A stretch of DNA of 64,000 nt from Lophium mytilinum (lineage: Eukaryota). Positions 34,712 through 49,846 of this stretch are shown in pieces; positions within the stretch are counted from its first letter, which is position 1, and every line of letters begins with the position of its first letter. The notes under the pieces were generated by a model. That model was not told where the DNA came from and did no database searches. It worked only from the letters and a program-made list of their open reading frames with translations. A program made the position numbers and the translations under genes. The DNA lies in assembly GCA_010093605.1 (NCBI GenBank), contig MU004197.1:558001-622000 (forward strand). The letters run 5' to 3'.

Positions 34712-37700
34712 AAAATATAATATAATTAAATTCGCAGTACCTTAGAAATATAACCTAAGAAGGGCCCCTAGGGGCTACTTAAGGCCCTATAAATATTTAT
34801 ACGCAGTATTAGAGCTCTATAAGCTATGCTAGCGGTGTTATAGTAGAATTACGCATTACAACCCCTATTATGCAGCATTATTAATAATAATAATAATAAT
34901 AATAACACTACTAATAACACTAATAATAACTCTAAAACTAAACCTACTAACTAAAGACTAAGTAGAATATCTACGCTAACATCTAAGCGCTTATTAAAGA
35001 AGCCTATAGTATATAGGACTCCCTATAGAATAAGCCTATATTCTCTAACCCTAAGATAAATAACGCCCTTAAGTACCTCTAGAACTTTACCGGGCGCGTA
35101 CTAGCTAGCCTCTTGGGTACTATAGAGGACCTATAATAAACACTATAGAGGAAGATAATAAAGATAATAGAGAAAATATAGAAGGGTGTATAGGCGCTAT
35201 CTATATAAGAAACAACCTACGCAGCAGTAATAGCAGCAGGAAGAAATAGTAAGACTATAGAAAATAGAGAGTATATAATATAGACTACCTATAAAATTAC
35301 TATATATATTAAGGATAAAAAGAAACGCACTATAATAAATAAGAACTTAAATATAACTATTACCTATAAGCTCTAAGTAGTAGAAGAGCCTAATATAATA
35401 AAGATCTATAGCATTAGAAAGCTTTAAAGCGGAGACGTAAAGGCCTATATACTAGACGCAACCGCTAAGAAAGCCCTATTAAAGAAGAAGAAATAGATAA
35501 AGGTTCTAGGTAAAATAGTATAAATCTAACTACCTAAGGTTCTCCTAGAGGTGCACGGAGTATCTAAAGAGATAGACCTAGAGGACCTAATGCTATAAAG
35601 TAGTATTATATAAGATAATAAGATACTATACCTAGGCCTAGCTATATATAAGATTACGTAGAAGCACCTAAATTAGATCTAGGCTATTAGAAATAACCCT
35701 AAATAGCGCGCCTTATTAGCTATAGTTACTATAGGTATAGAGGTAATAGTAAATAAGATTATAGATAGCGGGCTAGCATAGAATAGATATATACTAGAGG
35801 CTATAAAGTATAAGGTAGGCTTTATAGCTACCTAATGCTTCTAATGCTAGGGCTATAGGCACATTACTAGATACTATAAGAAGAAGGCGGTATATACAGT
35901 ATGCGCAGGAGCTTATAATATAAGATAATGCACAGAGGAGAGTATTAGAAAGTACACTAACTATAAAAGAAGCTACCTATTATATAGTGCAGCATGCACT
36001 ATAAGGAAAAATACTTAACTAAAAGCTAATATAAAGAGGTAGGTAGTACTAACCTACTATAGAGCTAATAATAGCCCTAATAATAATACTAATAATACGC
36101 CGGGTATAGTAATATTCTAATTTATAATAGAATTATAAGCTCTTAACGCGGCGAGTAGAAAGAGGAAGGCCACTAAGAATAGTAATACACTAGACGGTAG
36201 CACCCTAAGAAGAGTAGAACGCCCCCCTATATCTACTATATTTACCGCATATAAGAACCTAAAATAACTAAAGATAAATAGAGTACTATAGTCTACCTAT
36301 ACTATATAGACTACCTAATTAATATATACTTTCTATTTAATATAGCAGCCTAACTATAATAACCTATAGCCTTACTATAATAGCCCGCAGCCTTTCTATA
36401 AAACCCCGCAGCCTACCTATAAAATGCTATACTACTCTTAGATAATAACCTACGGCGATAACACTAGACTATCGCAATTTAATATAACTTAGGTGCTATC
36501 TACCTAGAAAGAAGAGGTAGCAAGCTATTAGCTCTATGCTAAGGCTAGCCGGGCCGTAATAAATAACTCTAAAGACTTTATAGATACCTAATATTAGGGT
36601 AATCTAATATACTTACTATTATATAGTATAATGTTAATAAGAGCTAAGAGACCTAAAGGGAGTTTCTTAAGAAGGTAGAGGCGGCCTAGCCCTAGCTATT
36701 AGTGCTAGCTATATAAGAACTATAGAAGAATACCTAGAAATACATCTTACTATATATAAAATTATACTACCTACTATATAGAGAAAGCCTAAAAGCTAGA
36801 ATATATATATATATTAATAAGTGCCTAAACCTAGACTAATAGACTATAGAGTACTACTTACTAGACCTTATTACCCTCTCCCTCTAGGCCGGGGGAGAGA
36901 ATATTTAAATTTATAATATCTATAACCTAAAGCTATATAGAATTATAGCTATACTACCTTCTATACTATATAAGAAGGTAGAGTATATACTTATAGATAA
37001 TATAAACCTATACTACCTATTCTAGGGAGGAATATAGGTAATTAGTGCAGAAGAGTAAGCTAAGGAGCTTATTTACATTATAATAGAAGCAGGCCTAACC
37101 CTAGCTATAGAGGAGGGCATAGAAATATAGGTAAGAGAAATATAGTAGACTATAATTAACCTTATATTTATATCTAAATAGCTAATAGAATATATAATAT
37201 TCTATATAGTTTAAGAGAAGTAGAACTATTACTTAGACTACCGCTCTATATATATAGAATTTAATATTATACTACTACTAGTAACTAAATAGCCCCTACG
37301 CCGGCTATAGAAGAATGTTATATAGAAGAACGTATAGAAGTACCTTATAGCCTAGCTAGTTAAGCTAGAAAACTAGAATAACCCCCTAGATAATAAAGAA
37401 GAAGAAGACCTAAATAACTTTATATATATTCTCTACTAACTTATTAAAATTACTATTAACGCTATAGTACTAATAGCACGGCCCTTATAGCATGCATTAC
37501 TATCCTAGACTAAGAAGTACTTAGAGGAGGTATATAAGACTAGGCGGGCGTATAGAATATAGCGCTTATTACACTTTATAGAGGACTAGATATTATACTA
37601 GGTCTAGTATAACTATAAGAAAAGAGCTATATAGAAAGAGAGTACTAAGGTATAGTACTATATAGTAGAGAAGGTAATAAATAACTCTAAAGGGGTATAG

Positions 37701-40700
37701 AAACTAGCTAAATAGGGCCGTATAGTTAGAAAGGAATTAAGGCCCCCTCCTTAATTTCCCCCCCTCTTCTAGCTAGGTAACCCTACCCTATATATAGATA
37801 ATAAGATAAAAGTATATATACTTACTAAATAGTTCTTTCTACTACTAGTAGAAGCTAACCTATTTAACCTAGAAGGGTTCTAATACCTGGAACTATATAC
37901 TACCTCTATAGAAGTTACTATAGAAGACGTACTCTTAGCACTAATAGAAATTACGCTAGATAAGGCTTCTAGAATTATAGGAATTATAAATAGATTCCTA
38001 AAGAAGTGCGAGATATAACTAGTACTAGTACTTGCCTGCTTTTTTATAAAGTACCTATATAGAGAATACTATCCCCGCCCGTTTAAAGAATTAATTATAG
38101 TAGTTCTACATAAACCCTAGAAAGCGTTTTATATAATAGCAAAAGCCTATAGGCTTATTACGCTACTAGAAATAATAGGTAAGCTATTTAAACGTATTAT
38201 AGCTAAGAGGCTTTCTAAGATAGTAGAGGAAAAAAGCATACTACTACCTAGCTAAATAAGGGTACGGCCGGAACGCTCTATATAGATAGCACTTAAACTT
38301 CTTATAGAATAAATCTATACTATATAGAAAGGAAATCTATAGCTTATAGTATTACTTCTTAGCCTAGATATATTAGAAGCGTTTAATTAAGTCTTATATA
38401 AATAAATAATATATAACCTATAGGTCTAGAGTATACTAGAGTAGATAATAAGGTTTACTAGGTCCTTTCTATAAGACTATATAACTAGGCTCTCTATAGA
38501 AAGCTATATAGTAGAACTAATTATAGTTACTATAGGTATTCCGCAGGGCTTCTCCCTATTACCTATTCTCTTCCTCTTCTTTACTAGTATACTACTACTA
38601 ACTCTTTAGAATAGTAATATAACAGCCTATAGGTTTATAGATAATATAAACATCCTTATATATAGTAGAACTATAGAGGTAAACTACAGGGCTATTAAGA
38701 GAGCCTATAATAGATGCATAGAATAGGTAAGAAAGTACGGCGTAGTATTTATACTAGATAAATATTACCTAATATACTTTATAAGAGCCTATAAAGGAGT
38801 TAACCTAAGAGCTATAGTTAATATATAAGGCTTTACAGAGGGCCCTATAATAGACCTAAGAGTACTAGAAGTATAGATAGACTTAAAGCTTAAATAGGGC
38901 CTATATATTAGCATTATAAAGAATAAAGCTATAACCTAGATAGGGGCACTTACGCGGCTTATAGTATCTATCTAGGGCGCTAGCTTTAGAAAAGCACGCC
39001 TAATATACTTAGTAGTAGTCCAGCCTGCTATTATATATAGATGCACTACCTAGTATACTATACTAGGCATGCCGGAGTAGCTTAGTAAGATAAAGATTAA
39101 GTAGCTTAAAATAACCTAGAACTAATACCTCTAGAGGATCTTAGGGGCCTATAAGACTATAAGCACTATAGTACTAGAATATAAAATATTATACCTACTA
39201 TTCTAGCTAAAACTAGAGGAACTTATAGTAGCTTACGCGGACTATACGCGTAAAGGGCCAGCACGCTAGTATATTAAAATAGTATGCAGTAATATATAAT
39301 AGGAAATCTATACCTACTATAGGCTACTTATAAGGCTAAAGTATAGCTCTAGCTACTATAATATACTCTATAACCTTATAGTAAAGGCTATAAGGTTATA
39401 TACTAGGTATAAAGATAAATTAGATAAAGCCTATAAGCGCTTAAGGCGATTTATAATTAAATATAAATATAAAGAAAGGTAGAAGAAGGTATAGAAGTCC
39501 TTTTATAAAATAAAATAGCGCGGGCTACTAACACTAGCCCTTAATACTAAATAGAGTAAATAATAGGAGACTATATATAAAGGGCTTATAAAGGTTAAAA
39601 GTACTATTCTTATAAACCTATAAATAAAGTATATAGGGCTTAATAGATACCTGCACTATATACGGGTGCTAGGCTACCTAATACTAGCCTACCCTTGCAG
39701 GTACAGCCTCTAATTACCGCGCTATATAGTAATAAACTATAAGAGGTATATAGAGGGTAGAGGTAAACTATTTAAGAAAGTAAAGACTTAGATGTATAAG
39801 GAAATATATAAAAGTAAAAAGGGACCTAAGGTAGTAGCTAGGTAGTTTCTATAGAAAATAGACCTGCTACCCTACCTCTTAATAGCGAGAGAGATAGAAA
39901 GAAAGTAGACCTAGCCCTCCCGCTTAATACTATAGCCCTACTATTACCTATAGCCTTACTATAACTAATAGCCTTACTATAACTAATAGCCTTACTATTA
40001 CTAATAGCCTTACTATTACCTATAGCCTTACTATTATCTATAGCCTTACTATTACCTATAGTTTTACTATTACCTATAGCCTTGCTATTACCCCCAACCA
40101 TACTATAGCGGGCCTTAGCGCCCCCTCTTAACTAGTACTTAGTATAGATAGTTAGCTTTAGGTCTCTACTATATACCCTACAATATATACTTTCTATATA
40201 CTTTCTATCCCTTATAGCCCTTCTATTTCTAAATAGCCTACCTACTTTATAATAGTATATATACGCGGCTCCCTTTCTTCTACTATTAGTTAGTTATACT
40301 ATAAGGGCTTATACTTACTATAAGTAGCTATATACTTTCTAATTATAGACTATAAACTATATACTCTATACTTTTAGCCCTTTTATAGCTATTAGCTATA
40401 CTATAGAGGCTTATATATACTACTATAGCTATAAACCCTATATAGCTACTTATAGCCCTTCTACTTTTATAGCCTACCTATAAACTATATACTTTCTATA
40501 TACCTCTACTATATACTACCTATATACCGCGCAGCCTTTCTATCTCTAATAGCCTATACAGCCACTATTTATTTTACCTTATTACCTTAGATAAAGGCCC
40601 CGCAAGCGCACTACTTGCACGCGGGCCCTTACGCTAATTCTATACTAGCCTCGCATCTAGATTCCACTCGGCCCGAACCTAGAAGAATAATAATAAACCT

Positions 40701-40951
40701 TCCTAGATAGATATAGAAAGACGCATCTTAATAGCTTATTCTATAGTAGTTCTTATAGACCTACTATATATCCCCTATAGTAAAATATAAAGGAGAAGGG
40801 CGCCTAACGCTAGATATAATAGAGGATAAGGTTTTTACCTAAATACTGCCCGGCAGCAAATAGTTTCCCCTTATAAATTAGCCTAGATAGAATAGCTATA
40901 TAGACCCTAACAGGAGCTATACTAGCGTAATAGAATTTAATAATAATAATA
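34712..40951 (+). mobile_element. RIP-inactivated LINE (Tad1-like) nested in the Gypsy integrase
   Basis: 14-bp TSD ATAACGCTTAAGTT (34698-34711 and 40952-40965); (TAA)n tail. ORF1 CCHC relic CF*C*GYRH (about 35836). ORF2 endonuclease NIYN (about 36915), RT YRLITLLE (about 38148), GIPQG (about 38534) and FIDN (about 38634). Confidence 0.9.
39930..40092 (+). repeat. 18-bp tandem repeat in the LINE 3' region
   Basis: About nine copies of TATAGCCTTACTATTACC-like units; they produce the track ORF 39838-40101. Confidence 0.85.
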
Positions 40952-43900
40952 ATAACGCTTAAGTTTATTTTATTAATAGTAGTAATTTTTAGTTAGATAA
41001 GAGCTATATACTCTAATAATAGTAAATACTTTATTAGTAGTAAATTCCTAGCAGCCCTAGAGAAATATAAGGTAAAGCATTTTAAAGCGCCTACTAGCTA
41101 TTCTTTATCTATTAGCCTTATAGAATAATATATTTAGTTAATACTATAAGAACTTAGATCTATAATATAGAAAAATACCGGCTTAATTTAGAACTAGCTA
41201 CTATACCTATAGATAGTAGTACTAGTAATTAACTATAGGTAGATAAAGATATATAGATTCTCGCCCTATAAACTACTACTTAGTATTAAACTACTACTAC
41301 TATAGAAGCTAGCTAATCTACCTAGAAATAAGGCTATATAATAAATAGATACTCTAGAAATATAAGTCTAGAAGAATCTAGAACTAGCTATAAATCTAAA
41401 GATTATAATTAAGAAGCACTAGTTTATAAATAGGCTAGCTAAACTAGATAAAATTAGAACTTAAGCGCTAAACTAAAGGCTCTACTCCGCGTTAAAGCGC
41501 GCTAAGAAGAATAATAAGAGGTAGTAAGTTCTAGTTATAAAAGATACTATTCTACTTAAAAGGCTATAGCAGGATAATTAAAAGAGCTATAAGCTAGAAC
41601 TAAGATAGAAAGAACTCTATCTACTAGATTAACTTATATTTAGAGGCTAGTTAGAATAGCTAAAGAATATATATACTATAAAAGAGATTAAGAGATATTA
41701 CCTTAATAATATAAAGAGATTTACTATCTAGCAAGAGAAAAGAAATTTAGTAGAATAGAAAATAGTAGCGGAGGTTAATAACTAGATCTAAAGGGATATA
41801 TATTAATATATAATAGATTTATAGAAGGCTAAAAAGAAGTATATAGAAATAAGTATATAGATAGAGCTCTAAAAATAACTAATACTAACTATAAAGAAAA
41901 TAAGGATAGTTATTAAGTAGGCTTTTTAAAATAGATATACTAAAGAACTAAGAGAAAAGGCGGCTCTATAAAAGGTAGGTAAACTAAGAGAATACTAGAA
42001 GAATAGAGTAATTAATCTTATAGTCTTCTTTAGTATAAATTAAATATAACTAGCTATAGTATTCTATAGTAAATATGCATTTATAGTGCAGGTAAGTATA
42101 ATAGATAGTATTATTAGGGAACTAAAAAGTAGAGCCTATTTAAGTATTTAGTATGCATATTAGTTAGATTACTCCCTAATATAAGAAGTAAATATTATTA
42201 TTAGTAAAACTTTAGGCGCGTTAGAAGATTTATAATATATAGAGAATAAATAAATACTACCTATATAGTTAAGAATAGTAAATAAATAAAAGCTATCTAT
42301 ATAAAGTTTAGTAGTTAAAGCGTAAGACTATTTATATAAAGCTCTAATAGTAAAAGAATAAGACTTATAGTATAAATTACTAGTTAAGAGAAATAGTTAC
42401 TACCTATATAATTTAGGGTGTTAATAATATTTAATCTACGCTTTTTATTTTTAATAGATCTAGAATACTTATATATTAATACTACCCGTATAATTTCTAG
42501 TAGTAAAGAATTAACTCTAGTAAGATAATAAAGCCTAAATATATATATAATATAATTAGTATATATATACTAGAGAGCCCTTATAGTAGAAATACTACTA
42601 AACGCTAGGCATTGCGTAAAGATATAGTAGTAGTAGAATAGATTAGCCCGTATATAAATAGTATTACTTTCTTTACCTTATAGATTTATATTACTTCCTT
42701 ATTATATAATAATATAAGATTATAAATAAAGAGAATAGGGATTCTAATTAGAATACTAAATACTAGTAAAAATTAATATATAGATAGTAGTATGGGTTAC
42801 ATAGTACTAGCTAAAAGCTAGCCTTTAACTATACCTAGATTCTCTATATATAGTAAAAGAGACTAATTATACTTATAATAAAGTTAAATATTCTAAATAA
42901 TACTTCTTATATATAATACGCCGGCTAAAAGTTAACTCTAACCTAGTCCGCCTTACTACCTTACTTAGACTTTAATATATCTATAAACCTTAAATCTAGA
43001 CCTTTAAGCTATATTCTCTATAACTTTAACCTCTTACTACTTTAATAACTCTTTTTATAATTAATTATCTATTAATTACTACTAGTTAGGCGTGCTAGAA
43101 CGGCTATAGTATCTAGCGGGACTAATTAATCTACCCGGAATCCTTCTCTAAAAAGACCGGCGGGACAGCCCTTAGAATAGAAGTACCTTACTTAAAAGAT
43201 AGAGAGATATAGCTATAGATAGAAAGGCCTAGGCGCTAATTAACCTAGGTTAGATAGAATAGATAGTAATAGATAATAAAGTATAAGCGGCCTTTAAGAT
43301 ATATAATCTAAAGCTATAAGAATAAGTTATAGCTACTAGGGAGAAAGCTTAGGCAGCTGTAGAAAAAGTATAAGGCATGGCGAAGAAATAGAAGAATATA
43401 AGAAAGGTAGAATTAATCTAAGAATTAACTATAGCTAGAGGAGTAATAGGTAAGTTTAAGATTAATAGTTAGAAGTTAAAGGTTAAGAAAGCTCTCTAGT
43501 AGTATAGACTTAGAATTAAGCTTATAGTAGATTACTATAGGGTTAGAGTTCTAGAATCTATATACTTAAAAGCTAGTAAGAAAGCTAGAGAAAGTAAGAA
43601 CCTTAAGCTAGAAAAGGAGGAGCTTAAGAAAGAGGTAATACTACTAGCAGCTAGTAAAAAGAAGATAGTTAAGAAATCTAAGGCTATTACTTCTACTATT
43701 CTAGCTAAGAGAAAGTTTAAGAGTAAAGAATAAGTAGAAGAACTAGAAGATAATAATATAGATTAAGATATAGATAAGCTAATACTATAGAATAATAATA
43801 GACTAGAGAGTGCGGCTACTAAAAGTAGTAAAGCTCTAAAGCTAAAGAAATTAAAGCCTCTATTAAATAATGCCCTATTTAAAATCTTTAAGAATATTAG

Positions 43901-45450
43901 CCTAGGTAGTAAGTAATATAAGATAGTACTAGATATCTTTAAAATTAGGGGGAGAATTAATAAAGCTTAGAGGATTCTTATATTTAGAAAGAAAGAGAAG
44001 AGCGTTAGTAGTATAAATAGTAAGAGAGTAAAGCTACGCCCGGATTCTAAAGATAATAATAATAATAGAATAGAGAAGCTTAAAAAGTAGAATAAAAAGA
44101 AAAATTAGCCCTTTAAGCTTTTAGAAAAAAGGCTACTATTACTTATATAAGTCCCTAATAATAATATCCTTATATATTATAACTTCTTAACGCAACTAAT
44201 AGTATTTACTACCTAAGGGAAGCCTTAGAAGCAACTACCTAAGAAAATAGTAGATAAGTATGCTTTTAATAGTAGCAAGTTTATAAAGAAGAAAGAATTT
44301 AAGTTTTCTAAGTATAGCTAGGCGCAGTTTATTTAGTAAGGTATTATAGGTGGTAACTTTAATCTAAATAAAGGTATAAAAAGGAATAAGTCTTAAGAGA
44401 AGGTTATCTAAGATAAATAGAAATAACTCCTTTCTAAGCGTATAGAGTTTAAAGTATAGAAGCTTAAGTTTACTTAAACCTTTACTAAATAGTTAAATAA
44501 TAAGAATATAAAGTATAAGAAGGCTTCTATAGCGCGTATTTTTATTTACTAAAGGGAAATAGAGGCTATTAAGGATAAACTTAAGAATACTAAGAAGCGT
44601 GTAGATAAAGTAGAGTAGAAATAGCTTACTATCTATAGAAATCTTAGAATAGTAAGTAGAAGGGCTAATAAGTTAAAGGGCATCTTTAATAGCCTCTTTA
44701 ATTACCCCTTCTACTATATTATAGAGAAAGATTACGTATTACCTCTAAGTAAGAAATTAGAACTACTTAAGGTAGCTTTACTACTAGTAGTTACTATAGA
44801 TAGTATAGTTTCTAGAGATAGTATAATATTAGAGCTAGTATTACTACTAGTAGCAGCTATAAATAGTAGTATTATAGGCCTTAATACTCTATAGACTTTA
44901 ATAGTACTAGTAATAGTATATAGATTCTTAAGAGTTAATAAGGTTAAGAAATTAAAACTACTAGTCTTTTATAGCTCTTAAGAGTTCTATAGAAGTAATA
45001 TTAATTATTCTTAATTTCTATTACTAAAGTTAGATACTATAGATAGTACCTAAGAGAAGCTTAATAATAGCGCTTACTTTAATATAGCTATTAAGAATAT
45101 AGAATTACCTAAAATTTAAGAGTAGAAAGAGAAAGTTAACCCTTCTTAAAAGTAGAAGAAGTAAGGCCTTTAAGAAGTAACTATATAGAAGTATTAATTA
45201 TTACTATTAAGAGAAGAATAGATAGTTACTAGAAGTTATAGATGGATTTCTTTATAGTAGGTTCTTTTAATTTCTTTTTAGAGGGGGATAGAGGATAACT
45301 AAAGTTATAGCTTTTTAATTACTATAGTATTAGAATTATAGATAGTAGGCTTTAGAGTTTATAGATAGTAGTTATTATTTCTATTAGGGAGTTAATAGTA
45401 AGGGCTTATAGGCTTTCTATTTTATCTATTTAGGCATTAGGTTTCTTTAT

Positions 45451-45464
45451 AGAGGGGGATAGGA
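45451..45464 (+). promoter_or_regulatory. Polypurine tract
   Basis: AGAGGGGGATAGGA immediately before the 3' LTR. Confidence 0.8.
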
Positions 45465-45582
45465 TGTGGGCCATTTAGGCGGGACCTTGGGTCCGCCTAA
45501 ACTGCCCATGGTTATGCCCATGGAAACTACTCCGTAGCTAGCTAGACTAATACACAATCTACCCACGAGAACGAAGGCCACA
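45465..45582 (+). repeat. 3' LTR (118 bp)
   Basis: Direct repeat of 28264-28381, followed by TSD ACGC. Confidence 0.95.
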
Positions 45583-46229
45583 ACGCCACCAGAGTCGACT
45601 TCGATTCACTTCTTCAGCCTCGCCAACTCAGCCTTAGTGCAGTACTGTACAATGTCACGGGGATCAATAGCCATAGACGAAGACTTAGAGCTATTGGCAA
45701 AGAAGCAACTCTGATCAGTCATTCATTCATCCGCTTCTGAGCTGCAACCGTGGCAATGCATTCACTAGACATCCTTGCTTACCGCCATTAGAGGTACCCC
45801 CCCGCATTCTGGAGGTTCTGATAAGAAGCTAAGCTTCCGAAATCTTGAATCTGTGAGCTTCATATTGCGATAGTCGGGGATGGATACACCAATTTTAAAG
45901 TGTAAGAATGATGGCCTAGGTCCGGACTTAGTGGATTTATTGACCTGGACTGGCTATTAGGAGCAGTTTATGGAGTCTTATACGATGAAAAAGGATGCGA
46001 CGAATAAGAGGCTTGGCTGCTAGTACGAAGTACAGTGGTAGACTGTGACTTGAAGCACGAGAATTCTCTAGTCAGGAAGCATCTTCTCGTAGCATGGCCG
46101 CTTCATTGGCTCCAGGATCGCGAGCTGTGCCGCCATTGCTGTGCCGCTTGGCAAAAGGAGGCATCCATATTCTCTTCCTTACTAGCATGTCTCTCATCCG
46201 CGCTTCTTATGTATATTCACAGCACATCA

Positions 46230-47036
46230 ATGCTCTGGCACGGGCTCCTCGTAGCAATACTCACCATTTCCGCATCATCAATGTCCCTCAACTTCCACCG
46301 ATATGACGCAAGTACTATGCCGTTTCTTCAAGACCGTCTGATCGTAGACAGTCATCCTTCAAAACTGGGCGGTTCCGCAATAGAGTACGATCTAGGTCCA
46401 TGGGGGTGTCTCTATGCTCTTTGGGCATACCCAATCGATAGGCCGTCCGATCACGCCGTCCACATACGGACGACAGTCCCTGCTCTGGTCACCTATATCT
46501 TAGGGCCTACATGGCGCTCTCATCTGGAGGAAGCAGGCGGCAAGCAACTGAAACGGCCCGACCATAACTGGACACAAGAAGACGAAGACTCGCTGGCGAA
46601 ACGCATGCTTCGTGCCGGCGGTGGATACCTAAACATCAGACACATAGGCGGACATATTTACGATCTTGACGATTTGTCCAAGCATGATTGGGCAATGGGA
46701 ATAGGAGCAAGCCAGAAGTATGTGTTTGGCTGGCCTGGTGATGGGGGGGTTTGGGTACTGGCGTTGCCGTTGCGGTTGAGGGAACAGAGCAAGACGAGAG
46801 ATGAGCGCGGTGCATGGTCTGACATGGAAGAGAGCCGCGCGATGCGCAGTGGCGACGCCATTACGTGGGCGACCTTTTGCCATGGTGGTGTCTATCTAGA
46901 GAGCTTGAAGGATGTTGAGACGATGGAGGAATACTGTGAGAGATTGAAGGAGCTAGGTGCACGGTTCTATGCTGATCCCAGCGAAAGTGCAGAGGCACAA
47001 TATGCATCCATTGACAGCCTCACAACCCTAGTATAG
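46230..47036 (+). CDS. Hypothetical protein, possibly secreted
   Basis: Long open frame; the likely start MLWHGLLVAILTISASS resembles a signal peptide; no motif recognised. Confidence 0.6.
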   Translation: MLWHGLLVAILTISASSMSLNFHRYDASTMPFLQDRLIVDSHPSKLGGSAIEYDLGPWGCLYALWAYPIDRPSDHAVHIRTTVPALVTYILGPTWRSHLEEAGGKQLKRPDHNWTQEDEDSLAKRMLRAGGGYLNIRHIGGHIYDLDDLSKHDWAMGIGASQKYVFGWPGDGGVWVLALPLRLREQSKTRDERGAWSDMEESRAMRSGDAITWATFCHGGVYLESLKDVETMEEYCERLKELGARFYADPSESAEAQYASIDSLTTLV

Positions 47037-47631
47037 TCTCGCTACTTCAATCTTGACGGTGGCTATCTGCACATACATCGCTCTCCATGCTAGCATCCAC
47101 GCCGGGCCAAGAATGCGTCAGCCCCATAAGGCATGCCAGGCCCAAGCAGCAATACGAGGATGCCTAGAATTATGTCGTGGGACTGTAGTAACACATGATA
47201 CAATACTAGGCCATAGGGCTGGCTGGGCACACGGATATCACTGCTTGAGTTTGCGGCTTCTGCCAGCTAATCGCCAGCGTCAGGGGCGGCCCCAGGGTGA
47301 ATTTCTCTTCGTCAAGAGCACGCTCAGATCAGGCCAGATCAGGCGGTCCGGAACTTGACATGCGACCTACGTTGTGAATAGCCCACGGGGGCACCCCTGA
47401 CGGTGGTATCGCGTGAGCAAAACTCAAGCCAAACAGTGATGATTCCGAGTGTCCAGACTTATGGCCGCATTATACCACACATCATCAGCAAACGCTCATC
47501 GATTTGTCTATGGGATTTTGCTCATCCATAACCCCTATCGCAGCCAGCAAACAAAGCGACATAGTATAATGATCACAGCCGCCGGCATTATGAACGATCC
47601 CAAGATTTCCGCGCTTTGCCCAAATACTCCA

Positions 47632-49846
<2,215 letters not shown>

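Larger units (their letters stand above)
28264..45582 (+). mobile_element. RIP-inactivated Ty3/Gypsy LTR retrotransposon (about 11 kb excluding the nested LINE)
   Basis: Paired LTRs, TSD ACGC (28260-28263 and 45583-45586), PBS and PPT. Relics in PR-RT-RH-IN order: protease LLIDxGS (about 31208), RT YFIDNN for YxDD (about 33100), RNase H YSTIEREALA (about 33738), split integrase, and GPY-like motif (about 41610). Very high TpA content. Confidence 0.92.

Noticed and set aside
30445..40092. CRISPR-like arrays
   Set aside because: The repeats are head-to-tail with no unique spacers and lie inside eukaryotic retroelements.
39838..40101. 87-aa ORF with NSKAIG repeats
   Set aside because: It is the antisense reading of an 18-bp tandem repeat inside the RIPed LINE.
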